64,000 nucleotides of DNA from Alphaproteobacteria bacterium (lineage in GTDB: Bacteria > Pseudomonadota > Alphaproteobacteria > UBA828), in contig CBDCQT010000010.1 of assembly GCA_965220745.1 (NCBI GenBank), positions 672,001 to 736,000 of the forward strand, given 5' to 3'. The notes under the pieces are model-generated. The model was not told the origin of the DNA and ran no database searches. It saw only the letters and a list, made by a program, of their open reading frames with translations. A program made the translations under genes and the position numbers. This document shows positions 1-11,394 of this stretch, in pieces (the first letter of the stretch is position 1; every line of letters starts with the position of its first letter).

Positions 1-17
1 TTCTGTTCGCGGGCTCC

Positions 18-506
18 ATGGCGGTCGCCGGCGTCTCCTCCGCGGCTAACAGCTGGGGGTTGCCCGACGAGGTCGAGGCACGCTTCGACGCCAAGGTCAC
101 TGACGTGCTCTGCGTCCTCAGCGGCGACTGCCCCGAGGACTGCGGCGCCGGCAATCGGCTGCTCGGCTTGCTGCAGGACGACGGCACCCTGGTGCTGCCG
201 CTCAAGAACGCCGGTCCATTCACCGGGCCGACCGTCGATCTCATCCCCTTCTGCAACCAGCGGGTGACGGTGGACGGCCTGTTCACGACCAACTACGGCA
301 TTACCACCTTCGCAGTGCAGTTCGTGCGGCCCGAGGGCGGCAAGTGGCGGGGCGCCAACGGCTTCGTCCGCCAGTGGGCCAAGGAGCGCGGCCTGGAGGC
401 GAAGGACAAGAAGGTGCGGCGCTGGATGCGCAACGACGAGGCGATCCTGGAGCTGATTGAGGAACAGGGCGTACTCGGCCTCAAGGACAAGGGCATCACC
501 CCTTAG
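18..506 (+). CDS. Hypothetical, probably exported protein (frame open to the window edge; may be 5'-partial)
   Basis: GC3-rich coding-like ORF with a Cys motif DVLCVLSGDCPEDCG; no family recognised. Confidence 0.7.
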   Translation: MAVAGVSSAANSWGLPDEVEARFDAKVTDVLCVLSGDCPEDCGAGNRLLGLLQDDGTLVLPLKNAGPFTGPTVDLIPFCNQRVTVDGLFTTNYGITTFAVQFVRPEGGKWRGANGFVRQWAKERGLEAKDKKVRRWMRNDEAILELIEEQGVLGLKDKGITP

Positions 507-579
507 CCTGACCCAAGCGGCGGCGCGTAGGCCCTGCGCGCCGCCGCTGCACATCGGTTTCGTTTTTTGCAGGGGACCC

Positions 580-1200
580 ATGACCTTCCCCGACAAGGGC
601 TACCCCTCGATCGCGGACTACTGCGACGATTACCTGACCCGGCTGGCGCAGGCCGGTGCCTCCATCGACCGCGCCGCGCTCGCCCGTGCTGCGGACATGC
701 TCGATGCCGCGTTCGACCGCAGCGCATGGCTCTTCGTCTGCGGCAACGGCGGCTCAGCGGCGATCGCCAACCACCTGCTCTGCGACGTCGCCAAGGGCGT
801 GCAGACCGACACCGGCGTGCAACCGCGGGTGATGAGCCTGAGTTCGAACCTGGAGATGGTGACCGCGATCGCCAACGACATCGCCTTCGAGGACTGCTTC
901 CTCTACCAGCTCGGGACCGCAGCGCGCGCCGGCGACCTGCTGATGACCATCTCGTCCTCCGGCGATTCGGAGAACATCGTCCGTGCGCTTGATTGGGCCG
1001 CGGCGAACGGGCTGGAGAGCATCGCGCTCACCGGTTTCGACGGCGGGCGTTCGGCGCCGCTCGCCACGGTCAACCTTCACGTGGACGGCGACAACTACGG
1101 CGTGATCGAGGACATCCACCAGTCGATCATGCACATGCTGGCGCAATACCTGCGCCAGGCGAAAATGCCCGACGCGCTCATCGCTGAGCGGAGGTTCTAG
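580..1200 (+). CDS. gmhA: SIS-domain phosphoheptose isomerase (GmhA-like)
   Basis: Motifs CGNGGSAA, TAIAND, ISSSGDSENI, ALTGFDGG, IEDIH; AGGGG RBS before ATG 580. Confidence 0.8.
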   Translation: MTFPDKGYPSIADYCDDYLTRLAQAGASIDRAALARAADMLDAAFDRSAWLFVCGNGGSAAIANHLLCDVAKGVQTDTGVQPRVMSLSSNLEMVTAIANDIAFEDCFLYQLGTAARAGDLLMTISSSGDSENIVRALDWAAANGLESIALTGFDGGRSAPLATVNLHVDGDNYGVIEDIHQSIMHMLAQYLRQAKMPDALIAERRF

Positions 1201-1814
1201 CCGGCGAAGCGGATCGCCAGCACGACAGCGATCAGAATGGCGACGGCGGCCAACGCCACCCAGCCCAGGTGTCGCTCGATGAAGGCGCGGGCCGGCGGGC
1301 CGAACTGCCAGAGAATCGCCGCGACGATATAGAAGCGTAGCCCCCGCGCGAGCAGCGAGGCGATGATAAACACGCCGATGTCGAGCTGGCCTGCGCCGCT
1401 CGCGATGGTGATCAGCTTGTAGGGGAGCGGGGTGAAGCCACCGGCGACGACGATCCAGGCGCCCCACTCGTCGCGGTAGCGTTCGAAGGTGGCGAGCTTG
1501 TCCTCGTGGCCCCAGAGCTCGAGCAGCGGGCCGCCGAAGGCATCGAAGAGGAAGTAGCCGATGGCGTAGCCGAAGAGGCCGCCCGCGACCGAGAAGAGCG
1601 TGCAGACGCCCGCCAGCAGCCACGCCCTGGCGCGTTGCGCAAGCACCATGGGGATCAGCAGCAGGTCCGGCGGGATCGGGAAGAACGAGCTTTCCGCAAA
1701 GGCCACGGCGGCGAGCGCCCAGACGGCGTGGCGCTTGCCGGCGAGCGCCAGCGTCCAGTCGTAGAGCCTGCTGAGCGGCCCCGGCCTCCGCCCCGCCGCC
1801 GGCCCCTCGGTCAT
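1197..1814 (-). CDS. YqaA/DedA family membrane protein
   Basis: FAESSFFPIPPDLLLIPM and GFTPLPYKLITIASG motifs; start moved to ATG 1814. Confidence 0.9.
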   Translation of the reverse strand: MTEGPAAGRRPGPLSRLYDWTLALAGKRHAVWALAAVAFAESSFFPIPPDLLLIPMVLAQRARAWLLAGVCTLFSVAGGLFGYAIGYFLFDAFGGPLLELWGHEDKLATFERYRDEWGAWIVVAGGFTPLPYKLITIASGAGQLDIGVFIIASLLARGLRFYIVAAILWQFGPPARAFIERHLGWVALAAVAILIAVVLAIRFAG

Positions 1815-1904
1815 GCGTCTGCCTCGGCGGCCCCGGCCCCGGCCGGTTGACCGTTGCCCGGCCCGGCCCAACAATGCCGCGAGCGCTCCGCACGGGCACC
1901 CCTC

Positions 1905-2996
1905 ATGCAGTCACGCCTCATCCTCTTCGCCGCCTCGGCCGGCATCGCCGCCCTCACCATTTACCTTCTCATCTCCGGGCGGAACATCCTGATCCCGATC
2001 GCCATCGCGGTCATGGCCTGGTACCTGATCAACGCCATCGCGCGCGGGATCATGAAGCTCAGCATACGCGGCGTGCGCCCGCCGCGCTGGGCCGCGCTCG
2101 CGCTCACGGCGCTCGCCGTCGTCGCCGCGGTCATGTCGCTGGCCGAGATGGTGAGCGGCAACTTCAGCGCCGTGGTCGATGCCATCCCCACCTATCAGGC
2201 CAATCTGCAGCGGCTGATCGGCGAGGTGGCGGCGCTGTTCGGGATGCAGGAAACGCCGAATGTCGCCGACATTGTCGATCGCATCGACTTCAGTGCGGTG
2301 GTCGGCCGCCTTGCCACAACGCTGACCGGAATCGCGGGCGAAGCCGGACTCATCCTGGTCTACATGCTCTTCCTCTTCGTCGAGCAGGGCAGCTTCGACC
2401 GCAAGATGAAGGCGCTCTTCCCCGACCCGGAGCGGGAGGAGCGGGTCCACAAGATCCTCAGCCACATGACCCAGGAGATTCAGAACTATCTCTGGATCAA
2501 GACCTTCACCAGCGCGCTGACGGCGGGGCTCAGCTATGCCGTGCTGGCGGCGGTCGGCCTCGATTTCGCCGGGTTCTGGGTGGTCATCATCTTCCTGCTG
2601 AACTACATCCCGACCATCGGCTCGCTGCTCGGCATCCTCTTCCCGGCCCTGCTGGCGCTGGTCCAGTTCGACACCTTCGTGCCCTTCCTCATCGTCACGC
2701 CGAGCCTCGCGGTGATCCAGGTCTTCGTCGGCAACTTCCTGGAGCCGATGCTGATGGGCTCGTCCCTCAACATCAGCCCCTTCGCGACCCTGATCTCGCT
2801 TGCTGTGTGGGGTACGATCTGGGGCGTGCCGGGGATGTTCCTCTGCGTGCCCATCACCGTGATCGCGATGATCATCTTCGCCCACTTCCCGCGCACGCGG
2901 CCCATCGCGGTGATGCTGTCCACCGACGGCCGCGTCGCCTGGGGCGAGACCGAGCCGCGCCCGCCGCCCGACCCACGCCCGCCGTCCGGAGCCTGA
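1905..2996 (+). CDS. AI-2E family transporter
   Basis: Multi-TM protein with FLLNYIPTIGS, GNFLEPMLMG and WGVPGMFLCVP motifs. Confidence 0.9.
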   Translation: MQSRLILFAASAGIAALTIYLLISGRNILIPIAIAVMAWYLINAIARGIMKLSIRGVRPPRWAALALTALAVVAAVMSLAEMVSGNFSAVVDAIPTYQANLQRLIGEVAALFGMQETPNVADIVDRIDFSAVVGRLATTLTGIAGEAGLILVYMLFLFVEQGSFDRKMKALFPDPEREERVHKILSHMTQEIQNYLWIKTFTSALTAGLSYAVLAAVGLDFAGFWVVIIFLLNYIPTIGSLLGILFPALLALVQFDTFVPFLIVTPSLAVIQVFVGNFLEPMLMGSSLNISPFATLISLAVWGTIWGVPGMFLCVPITVIAMIIFAHFPRTRPIAVMLSTDGRVAWGETEPRPPPDPRPPSGA

Positions 2997-2998
2997 CA

Positions 2999-4132
2999 AT
3001 GAACGTTGCCGAACAAGACGCCCTCGCGATCGATGCCGGGCGGCTGAGGGAGGCCGTGGCCGCGATCTTCGTCGGTGCCGGCTGCGACGAGACCGAGGGT
3101 GCGCGCATCGCCCGCTATCTGGTCGAATCCAACCTCACCGGGCACGACAGCCACGGCGTCATTCGGGTGCCGCGCTATGTCCACTGGCTCGACACCGGCA
3201 CCGTGCACGCCGGCCGGCGCATCAAGACGGTGATGGACGCGGGCGCCGTCGCAGTGCTGGACGGCGATCACGGCTTCGGCCAGACCATCGGCGAAGAGGC
3301 GATCACGCTGGGGGTCGAGAAGGCGCGCGAATTCGGCGTTGCCGTGGTGGGCCTGCGCAACTCGGGCCACCTGGGGCGGGTCGGTGACTGGGCCGAGCTT
3401 GCGGCCGCCCACGGGCTGCTCTCGATCCACTTCGTCAACACCAGCGGGCTCGGCATGTTGGTGGCGCCGTTCGGCGGCACCGAGCGACGCATGTCCACAA
3501 ATCCGGTCTGCTTCGGTGTGCCGATGCCGGAGGGGCCGCCGCTGGTGCTCGACTGCGCGACGTCCGTCGTGGCCGAGGGCAAGGTGCTGGTCGCGCTCAA
3601 CGGCGGCAAGCCGCTGCCGGAGGGCGCTCTGATCGATCGGGACGGCACGCTCACCACCGATCCCAACGCCATCTACGGCTCCCTGGACGGCACCCAGCCC
3701 CACGACCAGCGCACGGGCTCTGCCGCCGTGCGCGCCATGGGCGAGCACAAGGGCTCCGGCATCAGCATCATGTGCGAGCTGCTCGCCGGTGCGCTCACCG
3801 GCGGCGGCTGCGGCCGGGCGGGCCACAAGACGCTGGAGAACAACATGCTTTCCATCCTGCTGGACCCTGCGCGCTTCGGCACCGAGGAGCTGATGTGGCC
3901 GGAGCTCGACCGCTACGTCGCCTTCGTGCGCAGCGCTCGCGCCGCGCCGGGGCACGAGCGGGTGCGCCTCCCCGGCGAGCCCGAGGAGGAGATGCGCGCC
4001 CGGCGGCGCGCGGAGGGCATCCCGCTGCCCCGCAGGGTGCGGTCGAGCCTGGCGCTCACAGCAAACTCCCTCGGCCTCAAAGACGTGGCGGGGGTGTTCA
4101 AGCCGCAGAACCGCGGGGGCGTCTCCTCATGA
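2999..4132 (+). CDS. Ldh_2 family (malate/lactate/ureidoglycolate type 2) oxidoreductase
   Basis: GHDSHGVIR, NSGHLGR, STNP, HKGSG and RLPGE motifs; ATG 2999 directly after the upstream stop. Confidence 0.9.
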   Translation: MNVAEQDALAIDAGRLREAVAAIFVGAGCDETEGARIARYLVESNLTGHDSHGVIRVPRYVHWLDTGTVHAGRRIKTVMDAGAVAVLDGDHGFGQTIGEEAITLGVEKAREFGVAVVGLRNSGHLGRVGDWAELAAAHGLLSIHFVNTSGLGMLVAPFGGTERRMSTNPVCFGVPMPEGPPLVLDCATSVVAEGKVLVALNGGKPLPEGALIDRDGTLTTDPNAIYGSLDGTQPHDQRTGSAAVRAMGEHKGSGISIMCELLAGALTGGGCGRAGHKTLENNMLSILLDPARFGTEELMWPELDRYVAFVRSARAAPGHERVRLPGEPEEEMRARRRAEGIPLPRRVRSSLALTANSLGLKDVAGVFKPQNRGGVSS

Positions 4133-4965
4133 TCGGGACCTCCGATATCGCCGCCCATTACACGAGCGGCGACCTGCTCGCGCGGCTGGAGGCACGGCTG
4201 CGGGAGGACGGAGCCGATCCGGCGCGCCCGACCGCTGAGGCTTTGGCTCCCTACGACCATTTCCACGGCCGCGGCCTGGAGGCGACCGAGGACATGGCGA
4301 ACCTGCTCCAGGTCGCCGAGACGGACCGTATTCTCGATGTCGGCAGCGGCCTCGGCGGGCCGGCGCGCTACATGGCGGAACGCTTCGGCTGCAGGGTGGA
4401 CGGCATCGATCTGACCGCCGAATTCTGCGACATCGCGCGGCATCTGACCGCATTGCTTGGGCTCACGGACCGTGTCTCCTTCGAGCAGGGCGACGCACTG
4501 GCGATGCCGTTCGGTGACGCCGTGTTCGACGGCGCCTACTCGATGAACGTCTCCATGAACATCGCCGACAAGCGCGCGCTCTATCGCGAGATCCACCGCG
4601 TGCTCAAGCCCGGCGGCTGGCTGAGTCTGTCGGAGGCGGTGCAGGGACCGGGCGGCGCACCTGACTACCCGACGCCGTGGGCGCGGACCGCCGCGACGAG
4701 CTTTCTCGCGACCTCGGCGGAGACCCGCGCGAACCTCGAGGCCTCGGGGTTCGCCATCGAGACTCTGCGGGAGACGACGGAGACGGCGCTCGCCTACGCC
4801 GCCCGCTCGCGCGCAACGGTCGAAGCCGGCGGACAACCGCTGCACCGCGCCGTCTCGTTGATCCACGGCGCGCTTGCCGAAGAGGCGATGGCGAACTCGG
4901 CGCGGGCGCTGAGGGAGCATCGCGCCGTGCCCATCGAGATCGTCTGCCGCAAGGCGCGGCAATAG
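4129..4965 (+). CDS. Class I SAM-dependent methyltransferase
   Basis: ILDVGSGLGGPAR motif I and RVLKPGG; ATGA overlap with the upstream gene. Confidence 0.9.
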   Translation: MIGTSDIAAHYTSGDLLARLEARLREDGADPARPTAEALAPYDHFHGRGLEATEDMANLLQVAETDRILDVGSGLGGPARYMAERFGCRVDGIDLTAEFCDIARHLTALLGLTDRVSFEQGDALAMPFGDAVFDGAYSMNVSMNIADKRALYREIHRVLKPGGWLSLSEAVQGPGGAPDYPTPWARTAATSFLATSAETRANLEASGFAIETLRETTETALAYAARSRATVEAGGQPLHRAVSLIHGALAEEAMANSARALREHRAVPIEIVCRKARQ

Positions 4966-5040
4966 CGATTTCCGACGCCGGACGCTCGTCGCCGGTCAGC
5001 TCATCACGGGCGCCCTGTATGGACCCCGTAGGAAGCCCTC

Positions 5041-6180
5041 TCACCAGATGCCGGGAAAGATCCGGTACTTCACGCGCGCCCGATACTCCGCCCACTTCTC
5101 GGGACCGTACTTCTCGGCACAATACTCCTCGTCCTCAATCTGGCGAATGGTGAACAGCGAGACGATGAAGACGAAGTAGGTCCAGGCCCAGGGATTGTCG
5201 AAATGGCCAAATACCAAGCCGATCGACACGCAAATGAACCCCTCGCCCAGGTAGTTGAAGTGACGTGCAGCGCCCCAGAAGCCGCTGCACAGGATTTTGC
5301 GATCGCCGGCCTGGATGTATTCGGGCGCAATGAACCCTAGAAACTTGCGGTCGGGCCATCGTTTGAACGCGTACTTCTGCATGGCGGCGCCACGCGAAAT
5401 GCCCCATCCGACGAGGAACAGCGCACCTGTTCCGATCAGCCAGACATACGTCCATGCCGGCGAGAATCCGGGGTCGGGATAGGCGGCCAATCCCCACAAC
5501 GGCATGATGTACAGCCATCCGTAGACGATAAGGCCGCCCCAGAACAACTTGAAGCCGAGCTTCTCGTGGATCAGATCGTAGGTGTAGAGCTGGACGCGCT
5601 CGAAGATAAAGTAGTCGAACACGTAGAACGTGAAGAACGCCGCATACAGGAAGACGCCAGGGTTGGCGTCCTCGCCGAAGCGGTCGTAGTGGTACGCGGC
5701 TCCGGACATGGCGTTGAGAACCAGCATGGTTCCGCCGACGACATAGAGATACATCTTGACGTCGAAGCGGTACTTGAAGAACGCCAGCTCCTGAGCTCGC
5801 CCGACCCACAAATCCGCGATGGGATTTCGTTTCTCCTTTCGCGGCTGGCTGTAGACCGCGATCAAGGTGAAGATCAGGGAGAACAGCGTTCCCCCGGCCA
5901 GTGCATACAACGTGGTCCGGTAGAACCAGTCGCGCGGCATCCCGGTGGCCTCGAAGGCCCACACGATCACCGCAATGACGAACACCAGGATACCGTTCAG
6001 CCGGTACTTGCGGGGCTCGCCGGTTTCCTGATCCCTGACGTAGCCGGGAACCCACTTTCCCGGAAGAATGACCTGCAGCAAGAAAAAGACGATGAAGATC
6101 GCCAGCGGTGTGAAAAATCCCGCTAGCTTCTCTGTCCCGGTAAGCTCGAAAAAGTGCTCAATACCGAGCCACTCGATCAT
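5041..6180 (-). CDS. ERG4/ERG24 (sterol reductase / lamin B receptor) family membrane protein
   Basis: YRLNG, DLIHEKLGFKL, SGFWGAARHFNYLGE and C-terminal DEEYCAEKYG..WAEYRARVKYRIFPGIW; visibly less GC-rich than flanking genes. Confidence 0.85.
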   Translation of the reverse strand: MIEWLGIEHFFELTGTEKLAGFFTPLAIFIVFFLLQVILPGKWVPGYVRDQETGEPRKYRLNGILVFVIAVIVWAFEATGMPRDWFYRTTLYALAGGTLFSLIFTLIAVYSQPRKEKRNPIADLWVGRAQELAFFKYRFDVKMYLYVVGGTMLVLNAMSGAAYHYDRFGEDANPGVFLYAAFFTFYVFDYFIFERVQLYTYDLIHEKLGFKLFWGGLIVYGWLYIMPLWGLAAYPDPGFSPAWTYVWLIGTGALFLVGWGISRGAAMQKYAFKRWPDRKFLGFIAPEYIQAGDRKILCSGFWGAARHFNYLGEGFICVSIGLVFGHFDNPWAWTYFVFIVSLFTIRQIEDEEYCAEKYGPEKWAEYRARVKYRIFPGIW

Positions 6181-6292
6181 GACCAAGTATCCCTTTCCCT
6201 CGTAACATTGCCATTATGGATTTGGCCATAAAGAAGATCAATAAGGTCCAACGCACCGAAAGCGCGTTTCGGCATCGGTGTTTGCCGGTGCC

Positions 6293-6470
6293 TTAGAGCG
6301 TTTCCGTTACACGAAAACGCTCTGGCTTCTTTGTCGCTCGCGGCAGCCTGCCGACGGCCGGCGCCTCCGCGTCGCGCGTCCACGCGCGCGGGCGCGCGAC
6401 GCGGAGGCGCTGAAGCGGCGGACCGCAGTCGCGGCCTGTCGCGTGTCCGTCAAAGTCGGACACGCTCTAG
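6293..6470 (-). repeat. TAGAGC-ended double-hairpin repeat, copy 1 (inverted relative to the others, with an extra internal hairpin)
   Basis: TTAGAGCG...CGCTCTAG ends; reverse complement aligns with 48939, 50658 and 59289 copies. Confidence 0.85.
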
Positions 6471-6554
6471 CTGACGCCGGGGCCCAATCGCAGAAGCTAG
6501 AAAATTGCGCGCGAACTGTGCGGCGTCTGCTCCTCGGGATCGGGGAGAGAGGGT

Positions 6555-7334
6555 CTACCAGACGCTGCCGCAGCGGCCGCCGTCGATCACGAGGTTCTGG
6601 CCAGTGATGTAGCCCGCCTGAGCGCTGCAGAGGAAGGCGCATGCCTCGCCGAACTCGGCGGGGTCGCCGAAGCGTTTGGCCGGAACCGACGCCATGTGCT
6701 GCTCGGTGAACGCGGTGAGCTCGGTACCCGTCGCCTCGGCTCCGGATGCGATGTTGCTGCGCAGACGCTCGGTGTCGAAATAGCCGGGCAGGACGTTGTT
6801 GATCGTGACGTTCTGGGCGGCGACGCCGGACGCGATGCCGGCGACGAAGGCGGTGAGGCCTGCGCGGGCGCCGCTGGAGAGGTCGAGGCCGGGGACCGGC
6901 ATCTTCACCGAGATCGAAGTGATGTTGACGATGCGCCCGAAGCCGCGTGCGGCCATGCCGTCCAACACACGCTGGATCATCTCCACGGGCGTCGCCATGT
7001 TCATCACCACGCCTTGGACGAACGCGTCGCGGTCGATCTCGCGGAAATCCCGGCGGGGCGGGCCGCCGTTGTTGTTCACCAGAATGTCGGGCTCGGGGCA
7101 GGCCTCGATCAGCGCAGCCTGAACCGCCGGATCGCTGATATCGCCGGCCACGGTCTCCACGGCGACGCCCGTTTCCTCGCGAATATCGCGTGCCGTGCCT
7201 TCGAGCGCCGTCCTGTCGCGTCCGTTGATGACGAGATCGACGCGGTTTCGTGCGAGCGATTGCGCACAGGCACGGCCGAGCCCGCGGCTCGCGGCGCAGA
7301 CGATCGCCTGACGTCCTTCTATTCCAAGATCCAT
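6555..7334 (-). CDS. SDR family oxidoreductase
   Basis: MDLGIEG..AASRGLG, ILVNNNGGP, NNVLPG; GAGGGAG RBS before ATG 7334. Confidence 0.9.
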   Translation of the reverse strand: MDLGIEGRQAIVCAASRGLGRACAQSLARNRVDLVINGRDRTALEGTARDIREETGVAVETVAGDISDPAVQAALIEACPEPDILVNNNGGPPRRDFREIDRDAFVQGVVMNMATPVEMIQRVLDGMAARGFGRIVNITSISVKMPVPGLDLSSGARAGLTAFVAGIASGVAAQNVTINNVLPGYFDTERLRSNIASGAEATGTELTAFTEQHMASVPAKRFGDPAEFGEACAFLCSAQAGYITGQNLVIDGGRCGSVW

Positions 7335-7396
7335 GGCTCCCTCACCCCCTTGTGGCGGCCGCATCGTGACGCCGGCCGGCCCGCCGGCGCAAGCCC

Positions 7397-7645
7397 GGGA
7401 CGCCGGACCATAGTGCGGTGCACGCAGCGGGCGGGGGAAGGCAGACTCGGCGGATGCGTCGCCCCGTCCATGACCCTGTCGAGAAATGCGGGCTGGGATG
7501 CGCCGCTCCGGTCCGCAGTGGGCCACCTTGGGCCGCTCGCCCCGGACCATCTTGGGCCACCTTGGGCCGCTTTGGGCCGGAATAGGCCGCCTTAAAACCT
7601 TCTTTCGGAACTTTCCGGGATTCTTCACCTGTCTCGGGCAGGCGG
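7397..7645 (+). mobile_element. DUF3486-element copy A: ORF-less derivative (both ends kept, about 600 bp internal deletion)
   Basis: Reverse complement aligns with 37763-37864 joined directly to 37011-37166. Confidence 0.8.
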
Positions 7646-7708
7646 CGCAGCGCGACATGCGGGCGAACCCGATTGCAAACAGGCGCTTGATTCGCCGCGC
7701 GAGAGATG

Positions 7709-7735
7709 TTAGCACTCACTACTAGCGAGTGCTAA
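7709..7735. promoter_or_regulatory. CIRCE element (HrcA operator) upstream of groES
   Basis: Exact TTAGCACTC-N9-GAGTGCTAA; perfect arms extend to 7702-7742. Confidence 0.97.
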
Positions 7736-7777
7736 CATCTCTATCAGACGATCTTACAGACGAACGTGGAGGAACCA

Positions 7778-8092
7778 ATGAAGTTTCGACCGCTGCACGA
7801 CAGGGTCGTGGTTCGCCGGATCGGCGAGGACACCAAGACCGCCGGCGGCATCATCATCCCCGACACGGCCCAGGAGAAGCCGCAGGAAGGCGAGATCGTG
7901 GCCGTGGGCCCCGGCACCCGGGGCGATGACGGGACGCTGCATCCGCTGGACGTGAAGCCGGGCGACCGCGTGCTGTTCGGCAAGTGGTCCGGCAACGAAG
8001 TGACCCTCGACGGTGACGAGCTCCTGTTCATGAAGGAGTCCGACATCATGGCCATCGTCGAGTCCGGCAAGAAGTCGAAGAAGGCCGCGTAG
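7778..8092 (+). CDS. groES: Co-chaperonin GroES
   Basis: [32 protein letters not shown]; GGAGG RBS. Confidence 0.99.
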   Translation: MKFRPLHDRVVVRRIGEDTKTAGGIIIPDTAQEKPQEGEIVAVGPGTRGDDGTLHPLDVKPGDRVLFGKWSGNEVTLDGDELLFMKESDIMAIVESGKKSKKAA

Positions 8093-9766
<1,674 letters not shown>

Positions 9767-9789
9767 CCCAACCTTTCAGGCTTACGATC

Positions 9790-9817
9790 GGGGCGGGCCT
9801 CACGGTCCGCCCCTTTT
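9790..9817 (+). terminator. Rho-independent terminator of groESL
   Basis: GGGGCGGGCC-tcac-GGTCCGCCCC stem followed by TTTT. Confidence 0.8.
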
Positions 9818-9906
9818 CGTTTGCAGCAGCCGAGAGCACGGGATATGTGCAACGCGCCGGTGCGTGCGGATGCGCGGCGGGGAGCACGGACGGTCGGGGA
9901 GGCCCC

Positions 9907-11352
9907 ATGAGCGCGGATATCGGAGCCTTGTTCGACGAGCGGGATTCGCTCGAAATCGCCCAGCTGGTGAAGGCGGGCGAAGTGACGCCGGGCGAGCTCG
10001 CCGAGGCGGCGATCCGCCGGATCGAGGCGCTGAACCCTGTGCTGAACGCGGTCTCCATCCCGCTCTTCGACTATGGCCGCAAGGCAGCCGCCGACCCGGC
10101 GCTGCCCGATGGTCCGTTCAAGGGCGTGCCCTTTCTGCTCAAGGACCTCGGCACGCTCTGGGAGGGCATCCCGCTGGTCAACAGCTGCCCCTACTTCAAG
10201 GATTTCGTCTGCCCTGCCGACATGACCTACACGCGGCGGATCAAGCAGGCGGGGTTCGTGCTGCTCGGCCGCAGCAATGCGCCCGAGTTCGGCTGGTGCC
10301 TCGCGACCGAGCCCGCGCTCTTTGGCCGCACCAACAATCCCTGGAACCTGGAACGGACGCCGGGGGGCTCCAGCGGCGGCGCGGCAGCGGCAGCGGCCTC
10401 GCGCATGGTGCCCTTCGTCGATGCGAGCGACGGCGCGGGGTCCACGCGCGTGCCGGCCTCCCACTGCGGGCTGGTGGGGCTCAAGCCCTCGCGCGGCCGG
10501 ATCACGCTGGAGCCCTATCCCGACTACTGGTACGGCGGTGCCACCTTCCTCACCGTGACCCACACGGTGCGCGAGAGCGCCGCCTATCTGGATGCCGTCG
10601 GCGGGCGGGTGACGGGCGACGTCTACTACACGGAGATGCCGGAGACCCCATACCTGGACGAGGTGGGGCGCGACCCCGGCACACTCCGCATCGGGGTCAC
10701 CATGACCGCGCCAGCCGGGCTCCCCATCCACGATGAGGTGGTGCAGGCAGTGCACGATGCCGCGGCGCTCTGCGAGAGCCTCGGCCATCGGGTGGAGGAG
10801 CGGGAACTCGCCATCGACTGGGATCGCTTCTGGTCCGCGTACACGCGGATGACCGCCGCCCAGACGGCATCTGGATTCGAGGATTCCGAGGCGCTCATCG
10901 GCCGGCCAGTGACCGAAGACGATGTCGCGCCGCTGATCTGGGGCATCATCCAGAAGGGCAAGGCCATCGACGGCCCCCAGCACTACCGCGACGTGGACGC
11001 GCTGCGCCAGATCAGCCGCGATTTGATCGTGAGCCTCGCGGACTGCGACGTTCACCTCATGCCGGTGATCGGCCATCCTGCCCGCCCTCACGGCCACTAC
11101 CCGATGACCATGAGCGACATCGACCGCTACAACGCCGAGCTGATGGGGCCGGATGCCGTGTTCACGGCGCCCTTTAATGCCTCGGGCCTGCCCGGCATGT
11201 CGCTGCCGCTGCACATGACGGCGGACGGTCTGCCGGTCGGCGTGCAGCTCGTGGGCCGCGAATGCGACGAGAGCACGCTCTTCCGTCTCGCCGGCCAGCT
11301 GGAGACGGCGAAGTCCTGGAAGGACCGCCGGCCGCCGGTCCTCGCCAGTTGA
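9907..11352 (+). CDS. Amidase signature family protein
   Basis: GVPFLLKDL, TPGGSSGG, SDGAGSTRVPAS, GLKPSRGR. Confidence 0.93.
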   Translation: MSADIGALFDERDSLEIAQLVKAGEVTPGELAEAAIRRIEALNPVLNAVSIPLFDYGRKAAADPALPDGPFKGVPFLLKDLGTLWEGIPLVNSCPYFKDFVCPADMTYTRRIKQAGFVLLGRSNAPEFGWCLATEPALFGRTNNPWNLERTPGGSSGGAAAAAASRMVPFVDASDGAGSTRVPASHCGLVGLKPSRGRITLEPYPDYWYGGATFLTVTHTVRESAAYLDAVGGRVTGDVYYTEMPETPYLDEVGRDPGTLRIGVTMTAPAGLPIHDEVVQAVHDAAALCESLGHRVEERELAIDWDRFWSAYTRMTAAQTASGFEDSEALIGRPVTEDDVAPLIWGIIQKGKAIDGPQHYRDVDALRQISRDLIVSLADCDVHLMPVIGHPARPHGHYPMTMSDIDRYNAELMGPDAVFTAPFNASGLPGMSLPLHMTADGLPVGVQLVGRECDESTLFRLAGQLETAKSWKDRRPPVLAS

Positions 11353-11394
11353 CGCTCGGTCGAGCCACGCGGCGCAAATATTAGGGAGGTTCCC

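Noticed and set aside
1847-4132. Apparent 761-aa fusion ORF
   Set aside because: The 5' half is an off-frame overlap of the AI-2E gene; the real dehydrogenase starts at 2999. The same applies to 31298, 32293, 33210 and 3772 extensions.
4129-4965. Sterol C-24 methyltransferase partnering the sterol reductase
   Set aside because: No SMT-specific motifs (e.g. YEYGWG) seen; it is coupled to the upstream operon and convergent with the reductase.
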